Assembly (NCBI GenBank): GCA_964016885.1
Contig: OZ024752.1
Location: forward strand, 27,776,001-27,840,000
Direction of reading: 5' to 3'
DNA: 64,000 bases
Source of the DNA: Eledone cirrhosa
Taxonomy: Eukaryota
The notes under the pieces were generated by a model, which saw nothing but the letters and a program-made list of their open reading frames with translations, did not search any database and was not told the origin of the DNA. Positions 1 to 25,046 of the stretch are shown here, in pieces. The number at the start of each line of letters is the position of its first letter. Within the stretch, counting starts at the first letter, position 1. Made by a program: the position numbers and the translations under genes.

Positions 1-1
1 T

Positions 2-1227
2 TACCATAAACCAAACCAAAACTTACATTACATACACTCACAATCTAATCACCCTAAATCTATCCTTAAAAACCTTGCATATAATATATCACTTAGAATT
101 TCTAACCTTTCTTCTAACCAAGATGTATTTGATAAAAATGCGACCTTCTATAACGAAGCTCTAGATAGAAGTGGCCACAAAAATAGATTAGAATATATAC
201 CTTCTACTAAAAATACTGAAAGCATACAACCTAATATTACCAACAAACACCAAATGAAAAGTACACACCTAAATGCCACCCACACTATACCCCAAAATAC
301 CAAATCTTCTAATATAAAGTATAGTAACTCTCAAAAAACTACTTATCATACAACTCTAATAAATATTAATAATAAAACTCCTAATAAAAAGGATAAAACA
401 CCTAAATCTACAAATATAACTAAAAATGGTTGTGGTGAGATCATTAACATTAATCCTCCTAGTAAAAATCACGATACAACCTATAAAAATAATAAAAATA
501 ATAAACAACATAGAAACCGTAATAGACGGGTTACTTGGTATAATGCTCCATTTAATTTACAAATTAAGGATAATATTGCTAAAAAAAAATTTTTTATATC
601 CTAGAGAAAAACTTCCCGCCAAACCACAAATACCATCAAATCTTAAATAGGTCTACAGTTAAATTCTCATACTCTACAACAAATAACATAAAACAAAATA
701 TAAGTGCCTATAATGCATATAAATGTAAGAAAACCATAAGTATACCACCAGTACATCAAATTAACCATAATATCTCCTCAAATACAGAATTAACGAAAGG
801 TTGTAACTGTAGAAACAAAGCAAACTGCCCATTAAAAGGGAATTGTCTTGTTAACAACATAGTCTATAAATGTAATGTTAAAACTAAAGATTCTATTTGC
901 TCATATATAGGAGCTACCTCTAACAATTTTAAGACAAGGTTTAATACCCACAAGCATAGTTTTAAAAATGCCGCACTGGCTAATACAACATCTCTAGCAG
1001 AAAAAATCAATAGTTATAAAAATAAGAATATAGAATATGATTTGACCTGGAGTGTGCTCAAAAGAGCCACCCCTTATCAAAATAATAGAAATGAATGTAG
1101 ATTATGTTCCCAAGAACTATTTGAAATAATGAAATCTAAGGATATCCTATTAAATAAACGACAGGAATTAATTATATCGTGTAATCATAAACTAAAAAAA
1201 ACATTTAAATATTATAAACCTAATTAA
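2..1227 (+). mobile_element. Penelope-like retroelement ORF 3' part (RT thumb + GIY-YIG endonuclease), probably Naiad-type; cut off by the window edge, one frameshift at the A9 run 581-589
   Basis: Frame 2 from nt 2 reads YHKPNQNLHYIHSQSNHP...RNRRVTWYNAPF. Frame 1 from ~595 is open to the stop at 1227: NFPPNHKYHQILNRSTVKFSYS...GCNCRNKANCPLKGNC...IVYKC...YIGAT...FKTRFNTH...CRLCSQE...LLNKRQELIISCNH. The YxKP/SNHP thumb and VY...YIG motifs are PLE hallmarks. The Naiad call rests on my recollection of the CxCx5C motif (inference). Confidence 0.88.
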
Positions 1228-2379
1228 TAACATTATTTTAGAAATTAATTTAATTTAAATGTTAGTTAACCTATAAATTTAATTTAATTAAAATTCTATT
1301 ACAGATGAGAATATAAAATATTATGTAATCATAAATTGTGAAAAACCTTTAAATATTACTAATATATACTTAGTAATTTAATTTATAGATTAATTTTAAT
1401 TTATTTAAACCTTTTATTATAATTCTTTTACAGATAAAATATAACAAAATATCGTGTATCCAATGACAGAGAAATAATTTTTAGTATTATAGACCTAATT
1501 AATATACATTTTAGAAATATATTTATAATTTGGTTTTAATTTTAATCAACCTAAAAATTTAATTTAATTGGCTTAAAATTAATATCCTTATACAGACGAA
1601 TTGCAGAATGTCATGTAATCATAGAATGGGATGTGTTTTGGATTTATACCTAGTTAATATATTCTTTGCAATTTTTGAAAAAATATGTATATGTATATGT
1701 GTATGTGTATGTGTGTGCGTATGTATATGTGTATATATGTGTATATATATGTATATATATGTATATATATATGTGTATGTATATGTATATGTATATGTAT
1801 TAATTTTGATTTCTATTTGCATATAATTATATTCTGCTATTGATAAAATACAATATCTGTTTTATTTATTATATACCTAATTAACATATACTATAGAAAT
1901 AAATATATAATTTTTAATTTAATTAACCTATAATTTATATTCTACTACCGATGTAATACTTTATTTGTTTTTTCCCTATTACTAAATTCATTTCCTAATA
2001 TTGATACCATAACGTTATTAACTTTAATTTAGTTATACTATAATTAATACTCTACTACTATTTAACTTCAACACTCTGCTTCAAATATTATAAAACTAAC
2101 TAATTTACACCTTAGAAATCAATATGTTAACTATCTTTAGTTTAGTTAACATATAATTAATGGTATACTTATTTATTTTGAAATGCATAAATTTTGCCTT
2201 ATTTCTTGTTTATTGTATTTCCTAACACTGATACTATGTAAAAACATACATTGGATCTAGATACGGATAATATTCTATGTTTCTTGAAACATATATTTAC
2301 TATAATCCCCTTCTCCAACCCCCCCCCTTTCCCCCATACTATTATCATCTGTGTTTGTAAGCGTGTATGTATGAATATA

Positions 2380-2545
2380 TATGTAGGTAGGTGTATATAT
2401 ATTTGCGTATTTATATCTGAATATATAAATACATATATGCGCATGCAAATAAGAATGTAAGATTGTGTGTGTATATATATGTGTGTGTATGTATGTGTAT
2501 GTGTGTATATATGCATGTGTATATATATGTGTATGTGTATGTCTG

Positions 2546-2598
<53 letters not shown>

Positions 2599-2860
2599 GT
2601 GTGTGTATGTATGTATGTATATGTGTGTGTGTATATATATGTATGTCTCTCTATTTATATGTCTATCTTCGTATCTATGTGGATATATGTGTGTGTGTGC
2701 ATGTATACACATATATGTGTTTATGTGTATATGCGTGTATGTATATATATGTGTGTGTGCACACACATATATATATGTGAATGTGTATATGTGTGTGTGT
2801 GTATATGTATGTGTATATATATATGTATGTATATCTGTGTGTGTATATATGTCTATATTC

Positions 2861-2914
<54 letters not shown>

Positions 2915-3152
2915 GTATGTGTATATATATATATTATTTATTATTATAATATAACTTATGTGTATGTGTGTATATGTGAGGGTGTGTATATGTATATATA
3001 TGTGTATATATATGTGTAAAAAAATATATATATGTGCATGTCTGTTTTTTATGTGTGTGTATATATATATATATGTGTATATATATATATATATGTGGGT
3101 GTTTGTATATGTATTTATGGTTGTATGTGTGTGTGGGTATATGTATATAAGT

Positions 3153-3192
<40 letters not shown>

Positions 3193-3523
3193 ATATATAT
3201 CTCTATTAATGCGTGTATATATGTATATGTATATGCCTTTTTCTTTGGATGTCTGAGTTGGGTGAGGGTGTAGTGGTGTTTCTATGTATATACGCATATA
3301 TGGATGCGTTTGTATTTGTATATATGAGTATATGTAAGTGCGTATGTATGTATGATTATATATCTAATTCTATGTATGAGTATATATGTGTGTATGTATG
3401 TTGTGTGTGTATGTATGTATATGTCTATGTGTGTATATATATATGTATGTATGTGTGTGTATGTATCTATGTATATGTATGTATGTACATATATGTCTAT
3501 GTATGTGTGTATGTATGTGTATG

Positions 3524-3592
<69 letters not shown>

Positions 3593-3795
3593 TTATTATT
3601 TTTTTTATATATATGTGTGTGTGTGTATGTGTGTGTGTGCGTGTATATATATCTTTGTATATGTGTATGTGTATGTTCGTGTAGGTGTATGTGTGTGTAT
3701 GACTATATATGTATGTGTATGTGTGTATGTGTGTATATATATCTATGTGTGTGTACATGTATGTATATGTATGTATGTGTATGTGTGTGTGTGTG

Positions 3796-3860
<65 letters not shown>

Positions 3861-4157
3861 ATATATATATGTTTCTCTATTTGTATATGTATATGTGTAT
3901 GGGTATATACCTTTTTCTTTGTATGTCTGAGTTGTGTGAGAGTGTAGTGGTGTTTGTATGTATATACCGATATATAGATGCGTAAGTATTTGTCTGTATG
4001 CATGTATATATGTCTGTATGTATTTGTGTGTATATATAGGTATGTATGTGTATATCTGTATGTATATATGTATGTAAGTGTATGTATATGTGTGTGTATG
4101 AGTGTATATATATGTGTGTCTATATTGTATGTGTGATTATATGTGTATGTATGAGTG

Positions 4158-4214
<57 letters not shown>

Positions 4215-4376
4215 ATATATATATATGTGTATTTATATGTATGTGTGTATATGTATGTATGTGTGTATATGTATATGTTTATATATGTGTGTGTATGTAT
4301 GTTCTAAGTGTGGATGTGTGTATATGTATGTATGTGTTTGTATATGTGTATGTATATATATGTGTGTGTGTGTGTG

Positions 4377-4410
<34 letters not shown>
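2380..4410. repeat. Compound (TA)n/(TG)n/(TATG)n microsatellite field
   Basis: Directly visible; source of the CVYI-rich spurious ORFs. Confidence 0.95.
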
Positions 4411-4412
<2 letters not shown>

Positions 4413-5063
4413 CTTGATATATTTCTTTTTTCTTTTTTCTTTTTTCTTTTTTCTTTTTCTTTTCTTTCCTTTTTAATATTTATTTATTATTTATTATTTT
4501 TTTTTATTTTCTTAGTTTATAGATACATCTATATTAAGCAGTCAGCCCAAACCGTTGAATACTGACCTCTCTCCCCCCCCCCCTCCCACCTAATTTCTGT
4601 ATCTTTATCTAAATGTGTGTGCCAGTGTTTATGTGAGTGTATTAATATCCATGTGCTTAGGATTTTATATCCACATATATATATGTGAGTGGGGGTGTGT
4701 GTGTGTTTGTATGTTCGTAGTTTATGTGTATGTTTATGCATATACGCGCGTGTATGTGTGATTGTACGGATATGTGTTAGTATGAAAATATGTGTATACA
4801 CTTATTTCATATTTATGTATCTATACGCATCTTATCTGTGCATTATAGACTTACAGAGACATTAACCTTGAAATTTTGTATTTGCATCCATCCTTTTTGT
4901 ATGCGTATACAGGTTGTGCATACATTTTTGTAAAATATGTGTAAGGGTTGTTACATGTATATACACACACCGAACTGCATTAAACCTTTTGTATTTTCAT
5001 TGGTCAATTTTGTTCCCAAACGGACCTGAAAGTTTGAATTGTTGTTATTATCAATAAATATAT

Positions 5064-5217
5064 TTCATTATTTCTGAAGACGGCGTATATATGTGTTGGT
5101 ATGTATATTTAATCTTGATAGTTTGTATAATTTTGTATAATTTTGTACATAGATCTGTTGAATATGCATGCCAACTCTAACACATATATATCCTAGAAAC
5201 GATCGTTAAATAATGAA
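5064..5217 (+). ncRNA. Type I hammerhead-like motif with a very long stem II (putative PLE pLTR)
   Basis: Stem I ttcattattt (5064-5073) / aaataatgaa (5208-5217) is a perfect 10 bp. Core CTGAAGA 5074-5080, GAAAC-gatc-GTT 5196-5207. The ~115 nt between them folds (tatatatgtgtt/aacacatatata, ggtatgtatatt/aatatgcatgcc). The base pair closing stem II is imperfect. Confidence 0.6.
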
Positions 5218-5431
5218 CTTTTTTTGTTTAATATAAGGAATTGTTTATTCATTATTTGTTTAATATTTTATCTTGACTCTGTATACCGTTTATCTTTCAC
5301 CGAAAGTGATTTTTCATTACATCTCTTCTTTCCATGATATCCGGAATACATTGAGTTCTTCATACGGATTGGACACTACCGTAAACTCTTGGTAGATTTA
5401 TCTACATATATATATATATATATATATGTAT

Positions 5432-5623
5432 GGGGCGGTGGATTGGCAGTATTGGTAGAGGGTCGGACGCCATGCTTTGACACATAGAGTTACGGCCCTT
5501 GCCATTCTGATTTCAAATCCAGCCGAGGTTAACTTTACATTTCATCCTTACGGGGTCGATAAAATAGAGTACCAGTAATGTACTGCGTGATTGCTGCCTT
5601 GTGCCAAAAGTAGAAACAATTAT
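5432..5623 (+). mobile_element. tRNA-derived SINE (octopus-type, Nin/Deu-like central domain)
   Basis: A-box-like tggcagtattgg, degenerate B-box, central gccgaggttaacttt...tttcatccttacggggtcgataaaa...gtaccag, tail gtagaaacaattat. More than ten related copies lie in the window. Confidence 0.85.
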
Positions 5624-5628
5624 ACATT

Positions 5629-5659
<31 letters not shown>

Positions 5660-5913
5660 AACACACACACATATATATAAACACACACACACACACACAT
5701 ATATATATACATATAAACACACACACGTATATATAAACACACACACACACATATATATACATATAAGCACACACACATATATATATATACATATAAACAG
5801 ACACATACACGCACACACATATATATATATAAACACACACACACTTACACACAAACACATATATATATATATATACATATAAACACACACATATATATAT
5901 ATATATATATAAA

Positions 5914-5944
<31 letters not shown>

Positions 5945-6037
5945 CATATAAACACACACATATATATATGTATATATATAAACACACACATATATATATA
6001 TATATAAACACACACGCACATATATATATATATATAA

Positions 6038-6072
<35 letters not shown>

Positions 6073-6197
6073 AACACACACATATATATATATACATATA
6101 AACACACACATACACACACATATATTTATATATATATATATATATAGACACATACACATATATATATATAAACACACGCATACACACACACACGCAG

Positions 6198-6228
<31 letters not shown>

Positions 6229-6285
6229 AACACACACATATATATATATACATATAAACACACACGCACATATATATATATATAA

Positions 6286-6322
<37 letters not shown>

Positions 6323-6335
6323 AACACACACATAC

Positions 6336-6406
<71 letters not shown>

Positions 6407-6440
6407 AAGAGAAGGGAGGCTATTGCGTGGCTTGGCTGAA

Positions 6441-6545
6441 GGTAACCAATTACTTGTTGCAGCTATTATTGTTAAGCTGAGGCTTCACGGCTGATAATTA
6501 CTGGGCTGTTTAGTGTAAGCGAAATAAAATAGGTGAGTGATAGTT
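6441..6545 (+). promoter_or_regulatory. Conserved non-coding block upstream of S-crystallin gene 1 (candidate enhancer)
   Basis: Aligns by eye with 31129-31225 and 58616-58710, upstream of genes 2 and 3. TAATTA (6495-6500) is kept in all three. Confidence 0.55.
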
Positions 6546-6820
6546 AGAGAGAGAGGGGGAGAGAAGGAACGAGAAAGAGGGATAGAGAGAGAAGGGGATA
6601 ACTGAGAGGGATAACTGAAAACAGTGATGTCGGATTTAGAAATGTCCAACTGAGAATATATATATAAGTTTTAATATAGATGAGATTCTACAGGATTAGA
6701 ACTGTTTCATTCTTTAGAAATCATCAGGAATCTATATATATATATATACATATGTTAATATATATGTGAACCAATAAAACAAAAATGTTCAAGTAATGGC
6801 TATAACGAGAGGGCAACCAT

Positions 6821-6852
<32 letters not shown>

Positions 6853-6858
<6 letters not shown>

Positions 6859-8018
6859 ATACTTAGGGTCATGTTGCCAATAAGAAACACTTGCTTTCAC
6901 TTCAATTTATTATAAATTAAATTTATAAATTTAGGAATTTATAAATTTCCGGTTGGTTGGCTGGTTCCACAATCAGACGATTGTTCATATATTGTCAAAG
7001 TTCTTTCGTCACACATTCTGTGACCTCTTAAGTGACGGGGGATTCTTTTCTTTGTTTTTGTGCCTCTCCTTTGTTCTGTCCTACGCCTTCTTGTTTTTGT
7101 GTGTGTTGTGTGCTTAGTTTGCGCATGTGTTACATCCGGGTGTCTGTGTGTGTTTATATTTGTTTATTTATTTGTTTATTTACATGTTACTGGTTGGTTG
7201 TTTGTTCTATGTCTGTGTGTTTTCATTTTGTCCTTAATTGTAAGTTGTGAGGTTGCTGTTCCATTCATGTTTTCTATGTAAATTAATATTACTGAATGAC
7301 AATGTAGAATATACTGTACATAGGTGAGACAGCTAGTAGTATAGGGGAACGGATAAATCAACACTGGCGAGAGCTTCAAGAATCATCTGTATTCCACCAA
7401 CATGCTAAAATAGAACATAAGGGTAAATTAGAGAACATAGAAATAAAAATAGAATCTACACACAGAAAAGACGCAATGTTTAGACAAATCACGGAGGCAA
7501 TAAACATAAATGAACTCCAACCAAAATTAAATAGAAAACATGAATGGAACAGCAACATCACAACTTACAATTAAGGACAAAATGAAAACACAGACATAGA
7601 ACAAACAACCAACCAGTAACATGTAAATAAACAAATAAATAAAGAAATATAAACACACAGAGACACCCGGATGTGGCACATGCGCAAACTAAGCACACAA
7701 CACACAAACAAACAAGATGCCGTAGCACAGAACAAAGGAGAGGCACAAAAACAAAGAAAAGAATCCCCAGTCACTGAAGTGGTCACATAATTTTTCACGA
7801 AAGAACTTTGACAATATATGAACAATCGTCTGGTTGTGGAACCAACCAACCGGAAATTTATAAATTCCTAAATTTATAAATTTGATTTATAATAAATTGA
7901 AGTGAAAGCAACTGGTGCGTGTGTTTCTTCTTGGCAACATGACCCTCCCAAAGTATAACAATATCAGTTTCAACACACGTTTTCAGATAAAGAATCTTGC
8001 TAAACAAATTCAGAAACG

Positions 8019-8020
<2 letters not shown>
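6853..8020 (+). mobile_element. PLE 3' remnant with inverted duplication (fold-back); Nematis-like GIY-YIG C-terminus at 7308-7574
   Basis: 7308-7574 reads NILYIGETASSIGERINQH...HQHAKIEH...MFRQITEAININELQPKLNRKHEWNSNITTYN*. 6853-7275 is an inverted copy of ~7530-7960. Degenerate hammerhead cores in both arms; flanked by (TA)n. Clade assignment is inference. Confidence 0.82.
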
Positions 8021-8058
<38 letters not shown>

Positions 8059-8179
8059 ATATATATATATATATATATATAAATATGTATACCTATATAT
8101 ATATGTATCTATGTATATATATACATATATATATATATAAATAATATACATATATATATACATATATATATATTATATA

Positions 8180-8236
<57 letters not shown>

Positions 8237-9318
8237 ATGTATATATATATATATGCATGTATTCACATATATATATAAATATATATATATACATATATAT
8301 ATATACATACATACATATATACACACATATATATATATATACAAATATATAATACGTATATATATATATATATGTATATATATATGTACATATATATATA
8401 TGCATGCATGCATATATATATATGTACATATATATACATATATATATATATACATACACATATATATATATTTATACATATATATAATATCTATATGTGT
8501 GTACGTGTTTATATATATATATATATAACTATGTACACATGTAAATATGTATACATGTACGTATGTATGTACCCATGTACGTATGTATACATGTATGTGT
8601 GTATGCACCACGAATGCACTAAAAAGCATACCATTTGTCTCTGACACTCTCCCTCTCATTCTCCATGGCCTCATCTCTCTCTCTCCCTCTCACTCTTCAT
8701 GCATACCTCTCTTTCTCGCTTTCTCACTCTCACTCTCTTTCTGTTAGTCTCTTTAACTTCCTACACAATTACACCTGTAAAAGATCAGACATTTTCGAAA
8801 TAAAATAGTATTCTTACGTAACCAAGATCCGGTTTTCACCCAATCCATGATTACACCACCTCCTATACACCACAAAACAATTCTCCTCTACACCTTTTTA
8901 CCTTAACAACCACTAACATCTACAGCAATATACACCAACAGTCATTATCACCACAACAACCACAACCGAAACCACAGCTACCATTAACAACAGCAATAGC
9001 AGTACCCACAGCAACACTATCATTAGCATGACATGCTTTATTAATATCACAGGTACAAAACCTAATGCCACACTTATCATTAAGAGGAAGACCACCACCA
9101 CCCAACCACAGCCAACTACCTGATACACCAACGAGCGACCTGCCAGCTTTACCACTATCAATATCATCAAGACACTGCCATCCCTCCCACCATCACCCAA
9201 AAAATAATGCAGTGTAGAATTTCATAGTTGTCAAGCTAATGGTAATGTTATGCTGTGAGCATGTGGAGTGTATGACCTTCCATTGCTAATTACTGTGGTG
9301 CTAATTAATTTCCTTCGC

Positions 9319-9438
9319 TATATAAGCTCGGATATGAACCGGGACAGGTGTCCAATCTGTAAACTAAGCCATAGCTAAAACATTAGCTTTGAAGATTACC
9401 GAATCTAAGACCTCAAACACCAATAACCAACACCAAAC
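9319..9438 (+). promoter_or_regulatory. TATA box (TATATAAG 9319-9326), putative start region and 5'UTR of gene 1
   Basis: The same TATATAAG lies 119-124 nt upstream of the ATG in all three paralogs, followed by conserved gtgtcca(a/g)tct and (g/a)cc(a/g)tagctaa. Confidence 0.75.
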
Positions 9439-19729
<10,291 letters not shown>

Positions 19730-20230
19730 AATAACTATTACAGTAATAATAAAATAACAACGTGCTAATACCAACAAGTCGGAAAAGCAAGAAAGAGAAT
19801 AAATTAATTTACAAAATCATTGAATCAAATGAAGTGTTTATAATAATCTTGAGAAAAAAGGAAATGCAAAACGTTCGAGTGAATTAGTACATATTGATGT
19901 AAATCTATGTGGAAACTATTTTTGCAAGATTTATCAGCATTACTATGTCCTTTGTACGTGTTAATATATCGTTGACAGTTTAAACAGACACGACACTTTA
20001 ACGATTCAATTAATTGTATAGCGCTCAGTTCTACCAATTCAAACGATGTCATATGATTACAGGAGTTAGGTGATACACTAATAAATGTATCGTTTACAAT
20101 AACCTATGATGTTTATGACAAAATATAAAAATACTTTGAATATTATTACTAATAAAAAATAATCAGTAAAAAAACTTGTGGCATCTGTCTTCATTTTTCT
20201 TTCTTCTTTTTCATGGGAGCGTATACATAC

Positions 20231-20301
<71 letters not shown>

Positions 20302-20344
20302 CGGGTAGGTGTGTGTATACTTATGTGTGTGTGTGTGTATGTGC

Positions 20345-20380
<36 letters not shown>

Positions 20381-20829
20381 GTGTGCGTGCGTGTGTGTAT
20401 ATATATATATATGTGTGTGCCGGTAGGTGTGTGTATACTTATGCGTGTGTGTGTCTGTGTGTGTGTGTGTGTGTGTGAGTGAGTGTGTGTGTCTGTGTAG
20501 ATCCTGAGTTATAGTAAATAAGGTACTCAATACATTATTAAAGTGAAAACATCATTACTTAATATAGAAATGGCTTTGGTCATTCTTGATGATTTCATAC
20601 GAATGAAACAGCTCTATATTATTTCTATATTATGTATATATATGTGTGTGTGTTTGTGTTTGTGCGTTCATGTGCATGTTTGTGTGTGTGTTTGTGTGTG
20701 CATGGATGTGTATGTGCATGTATGTGTGAGTGCATGTATGTGTATGTGCGCGTGTGTGTTATTTATTTAGTTTATCTATTACTTTATTCAGTCCTTTTAA
20801 TTAAAATCAATCAATTAATTAATAAATAT

Positions 20830-21760
20830 CACTGCTTCTACGGATACCTTAACTCCCTGTTGCCATCCACTGCTATTGTCCATATTCAGTAGGTCAGAGA
20901 GATTGCAGTTTATGTTGTCACAAATTTGCTAGATACAGGTCTTTGCTTGTCGTCCTCTACTAGCTACTCATACACAAGGAAGAGCTAGTAGAAGACAACA
21001 AGCAACATTCTATGTTTCTACTATAATTCTAGGTTGATATTTTTCAATACAAATTAAATTGTCATTGCGTGAGAGCTTAGTAGCATCCTTTCACCTCTAG
21101 TTGTGGAATTGATTGACTTCTTCATGCTGAGGCTGAAACTATGGTCATTCCTTTTCAACATTCTTGATATTTAAGATCAAGATGTTCATGTTACATGCGG
21201 TGCTTTTGAATACAGATGATGGCAATATTTTGAGAGATTGCAAGTGATGTGAGTTCAGGTAGATGATGTAAATTCCTGTGGGTTCGAACAATAAAGCTGG
21301 AAATATTGATTGCTTGTTTTCATTTAAGTAGATTTTGTGTCGACATTGTAGCTGCCTTATCAGACACAGATGCCGGATTCGGGACCTCAGAAAAATGCAC
21401 TCCTTGTTGGACCACTCGAAGAACGATACGGTATGAATTAGAATTGCGAACTTGAGTCATAATGAATGAACTTTTCATTAGCTGATCACAGAACCATGGA
21501 CACCACCCCTATGGATGCGATGCAGTAACTTTTTTGATAGAGCTTGGTGATTCTGACCAGTGATGTTTTAGGATTCCTCCGCTCAGCAACAAAGTGAGAA
21601 GCACCGTTAACTCAGTTGATCTCTTCCGTTGTCTCTCGTAATCCGCGACGACACAGTCACATGACTTTGCCGTAACCCAGGCACAGTGGCTGCTCGGATG
21701 TTATAACAGTTCGTAAATATGTAGGGCATGGTCGTCACTCCGTGAAGCATTTTCAAAATA
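20830..21760 (-). mobile_element. Internally deleted, degenerate RTE-clade LINE
   Basis: Minus strand gives an APE-endonuclease-like start (SFIVRT...LPELTSLAISQNIAIICIQKHR; VSASA...INSTTRG.RMLL) joined to an RTE-like C-terminus (RRGRQAKT...LSDLLNMDNSSGWQQGV), with stops and frameshifts. Confidence 0.65.
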
Positions 21761-22013
21761 TCCCATAGACGTATAGCATACACATAAATATATGAAAATC
21801 ATATACAGATATATAAAAATATATACAATTACATAAAAACATATACAAATATAAATATATATAGATTTGTTTTTCATCCCGCTGTGTGTCCAAAAGTCAC
21901 CCTCCTAACCGAGCAAGCTCGGTAGGCTTGCAGGTTTAGTCACGAACGGCTCGACCATGCAACAGATTGTGCAAGCTTACATGTTATCAGTAGCACTCAA
22001 GAGCGCTCTGATA

Positions 22014-23017
<1,004 letters not shown>

Positions 23018-23814
23018 TATATTCTAAATGCAGCAGCTTTTATAATTTGGTATTTTTAATAATTTTCTTTAAACCCAATTCAAAGGTTTGAAGCAAACGG
23101 TATTGTAGTAGATTTCTATAAGTTTATAACATACTAGTAGTGTATCCCGGCGTTGCACGGGTAAGAACATTGGTAATAGCACCTCCAAAGAGAAACGTTT
23201 ATTTGTGAGTGCCTGCTAAAAACTCACGAAAATATACCGACAGGAAACTTGTTTTATTTGGAGAAATTTAAGAAGTTGAAAGTACAGTTTAGCTGTCTAT
23301 GTGCATTGTTGATAGAAATATTGTTGAGCCCCTTCTTTTCATACTCCTCTGTTTTAGCTTATTGGAGTAAATGTGAAAGAGAAAGTCACAGGTTAAGTTG
23401 GCAGAAGGTTCCAGTGTAATAGCAGTAAGGAGTAGGCTACTTATCTCAAAATTTCATTCGCACTCTTTCCACTGAGTTACTCTTTCTCTCTATCCCTCTC
23501 GGTGCAGTCCCTTGCGAATTTCTCGCGTAGGCCTGGTGTAGATTTGCACCCGATCCATCTGCCCGATGCACATGCCACTTTGTACGGCTTTTGGAGGAAG
23601 GAGTGACCAGCAGTACGTTGTTCGGTATTATTACGAAAAGGTGTAGCAGAATAACAGCTCGGAAGGAAACTGCTTACCTCGAAGATTCATTCGCCATCGT
23701 TCTTGTCAACGCTCCGTTTAGTTGGTATTTGTTGGTCTACAGTTAGATGAATGGCGCACAAAGGGTTAATGTTTATTGGCAAGAAGTGGCAACTGGGCTG
23801 GCTTGCCTCGCTTA

Positions 23815-24155
23815 TCTATATTACTAAAACAGAGAATGTCTGTTTGTCTGTCTGTCTGTACAAATCACTAAAACTCGAGAACCACCCAACCGATTCTTTT
23901 CAAACTTTACACATGTAATACGTATGGTCCTATTGAGTATTCTGAGCAAAAACAATTTCAGATTTTCAATGCGCCAGGGACCGCATTAGGTGATTTAGCG
24001 ATCTCTTTCTCTCTCTCTTAGTCTTTCTCTTTTTAGATAGATTACATAGATATTACGTTGCGACTTTATAATATCTGTCTGTATGCCTCGCTGTCTGCAT
24101 TACGTCATTATGACGCTGTGTGTGTGTGTATATATGTATATATAGTGGGTATGTA

Positions 24156-24198
<43 letters not shown>

Positions 24199-24250
24199 AT
24201 AATAATAAAATTGAAGACTAAAATCCCTTTGCTTAAACTTTAATCTGTTA

Positions 24251-24323
<73 letters not shown>

Positions 24324-25046
24324 CTTACTTCAAAATATTAATAAATATAGACATTCATGTGATCAAATATATTTTATTATACATATTTTAGAGGTACTGA
24401 GCTATTTCATCAGTACGTCCTCATCAGAGAAAATAAATTGATGTCAGACATACCTTAACTGTGCTGATGGTTCAATTCCAGTCTTGGCAGTATAGCTGAT
24501 GAGGACGTACTGATTAAATAGCTCAGTACCTCTGAAATGTATAATAAAATATATTTGATCACATGAATGTCTATATTTATTAATATTTTGAAGTAATATT
24601 AATAACTCCAGAAAACTTCTTTGTTGAGTGCTTCTAATCTATTGTAAAACTTTATTCATTGATCAATCAATGAACCTTGTTTAACCTTTGGTCATATATA
24701 TATATATATATAATTATATATTCGTGTACAGATATTTTATCAAACACATATAAACAAAAGTATTTATTTCGCGATAACGTATTGATTTTCTGCGAACGGA
24801 AAAAAACCCTAGTAATGTACGACGAATTTTTTTTATGACCACAAAATGTAGACACCAACCCGAGGCCGAGGTATTCCGTACTTCTCTGTATTGTTATTTA
24901 TATATTCATGTACAGATATTTTTGCATACACAATAACGAAATATAAACAAACGCATTTACTTCACGAGGTTCGAGAAGGATAAATATATATCAAATATAT
25001 AAGAACCCTAGAGAAAATCATGTGCAACGCCGGGCCATTCTGCTAG
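23815..25046 (+). mobile_element. Non-autonomous Helitron (inner, nested)
   Basis: A|TCTATATTACTAAAA...(gtct)n 5' end; gtgcaacgccggg-ccattctg-CTAG|T 3' end. Confidence 0.68.
24325..24695. mobile_element. Fold-back PLE pLTR-like element with degenerate hammerhead core
   Basis: ~100-bp inverted arms 24325-24427 / 24496-24596, with CTGATGA...GAAAtagctc in the arms; flanked by (TA)n. Confidence 0.65.

Noticed and set aside
581-595. Programmed -1 ribosomal frameshift in the PLE ORF
   Set aside because: PLEs use a single ORF and no stimulatory structure was seen; homopolymer slippage or sequencing error is simpler.
5432-5520. tRNA gene suggested by A/B boxes
   Set aside because: Long A-B spacing, no cloverleaf, and many dispersed copies with a common tail and TSDs: this is a SINE head.
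9200-9330. AP-1/ARE site in the proximal promoters, as reported for squid S-crystallins
   Set aside because: I found no TGA(C/G)TCA or TGACnnnGC match by eye within ~120 nt upstream of the TATA boxes.
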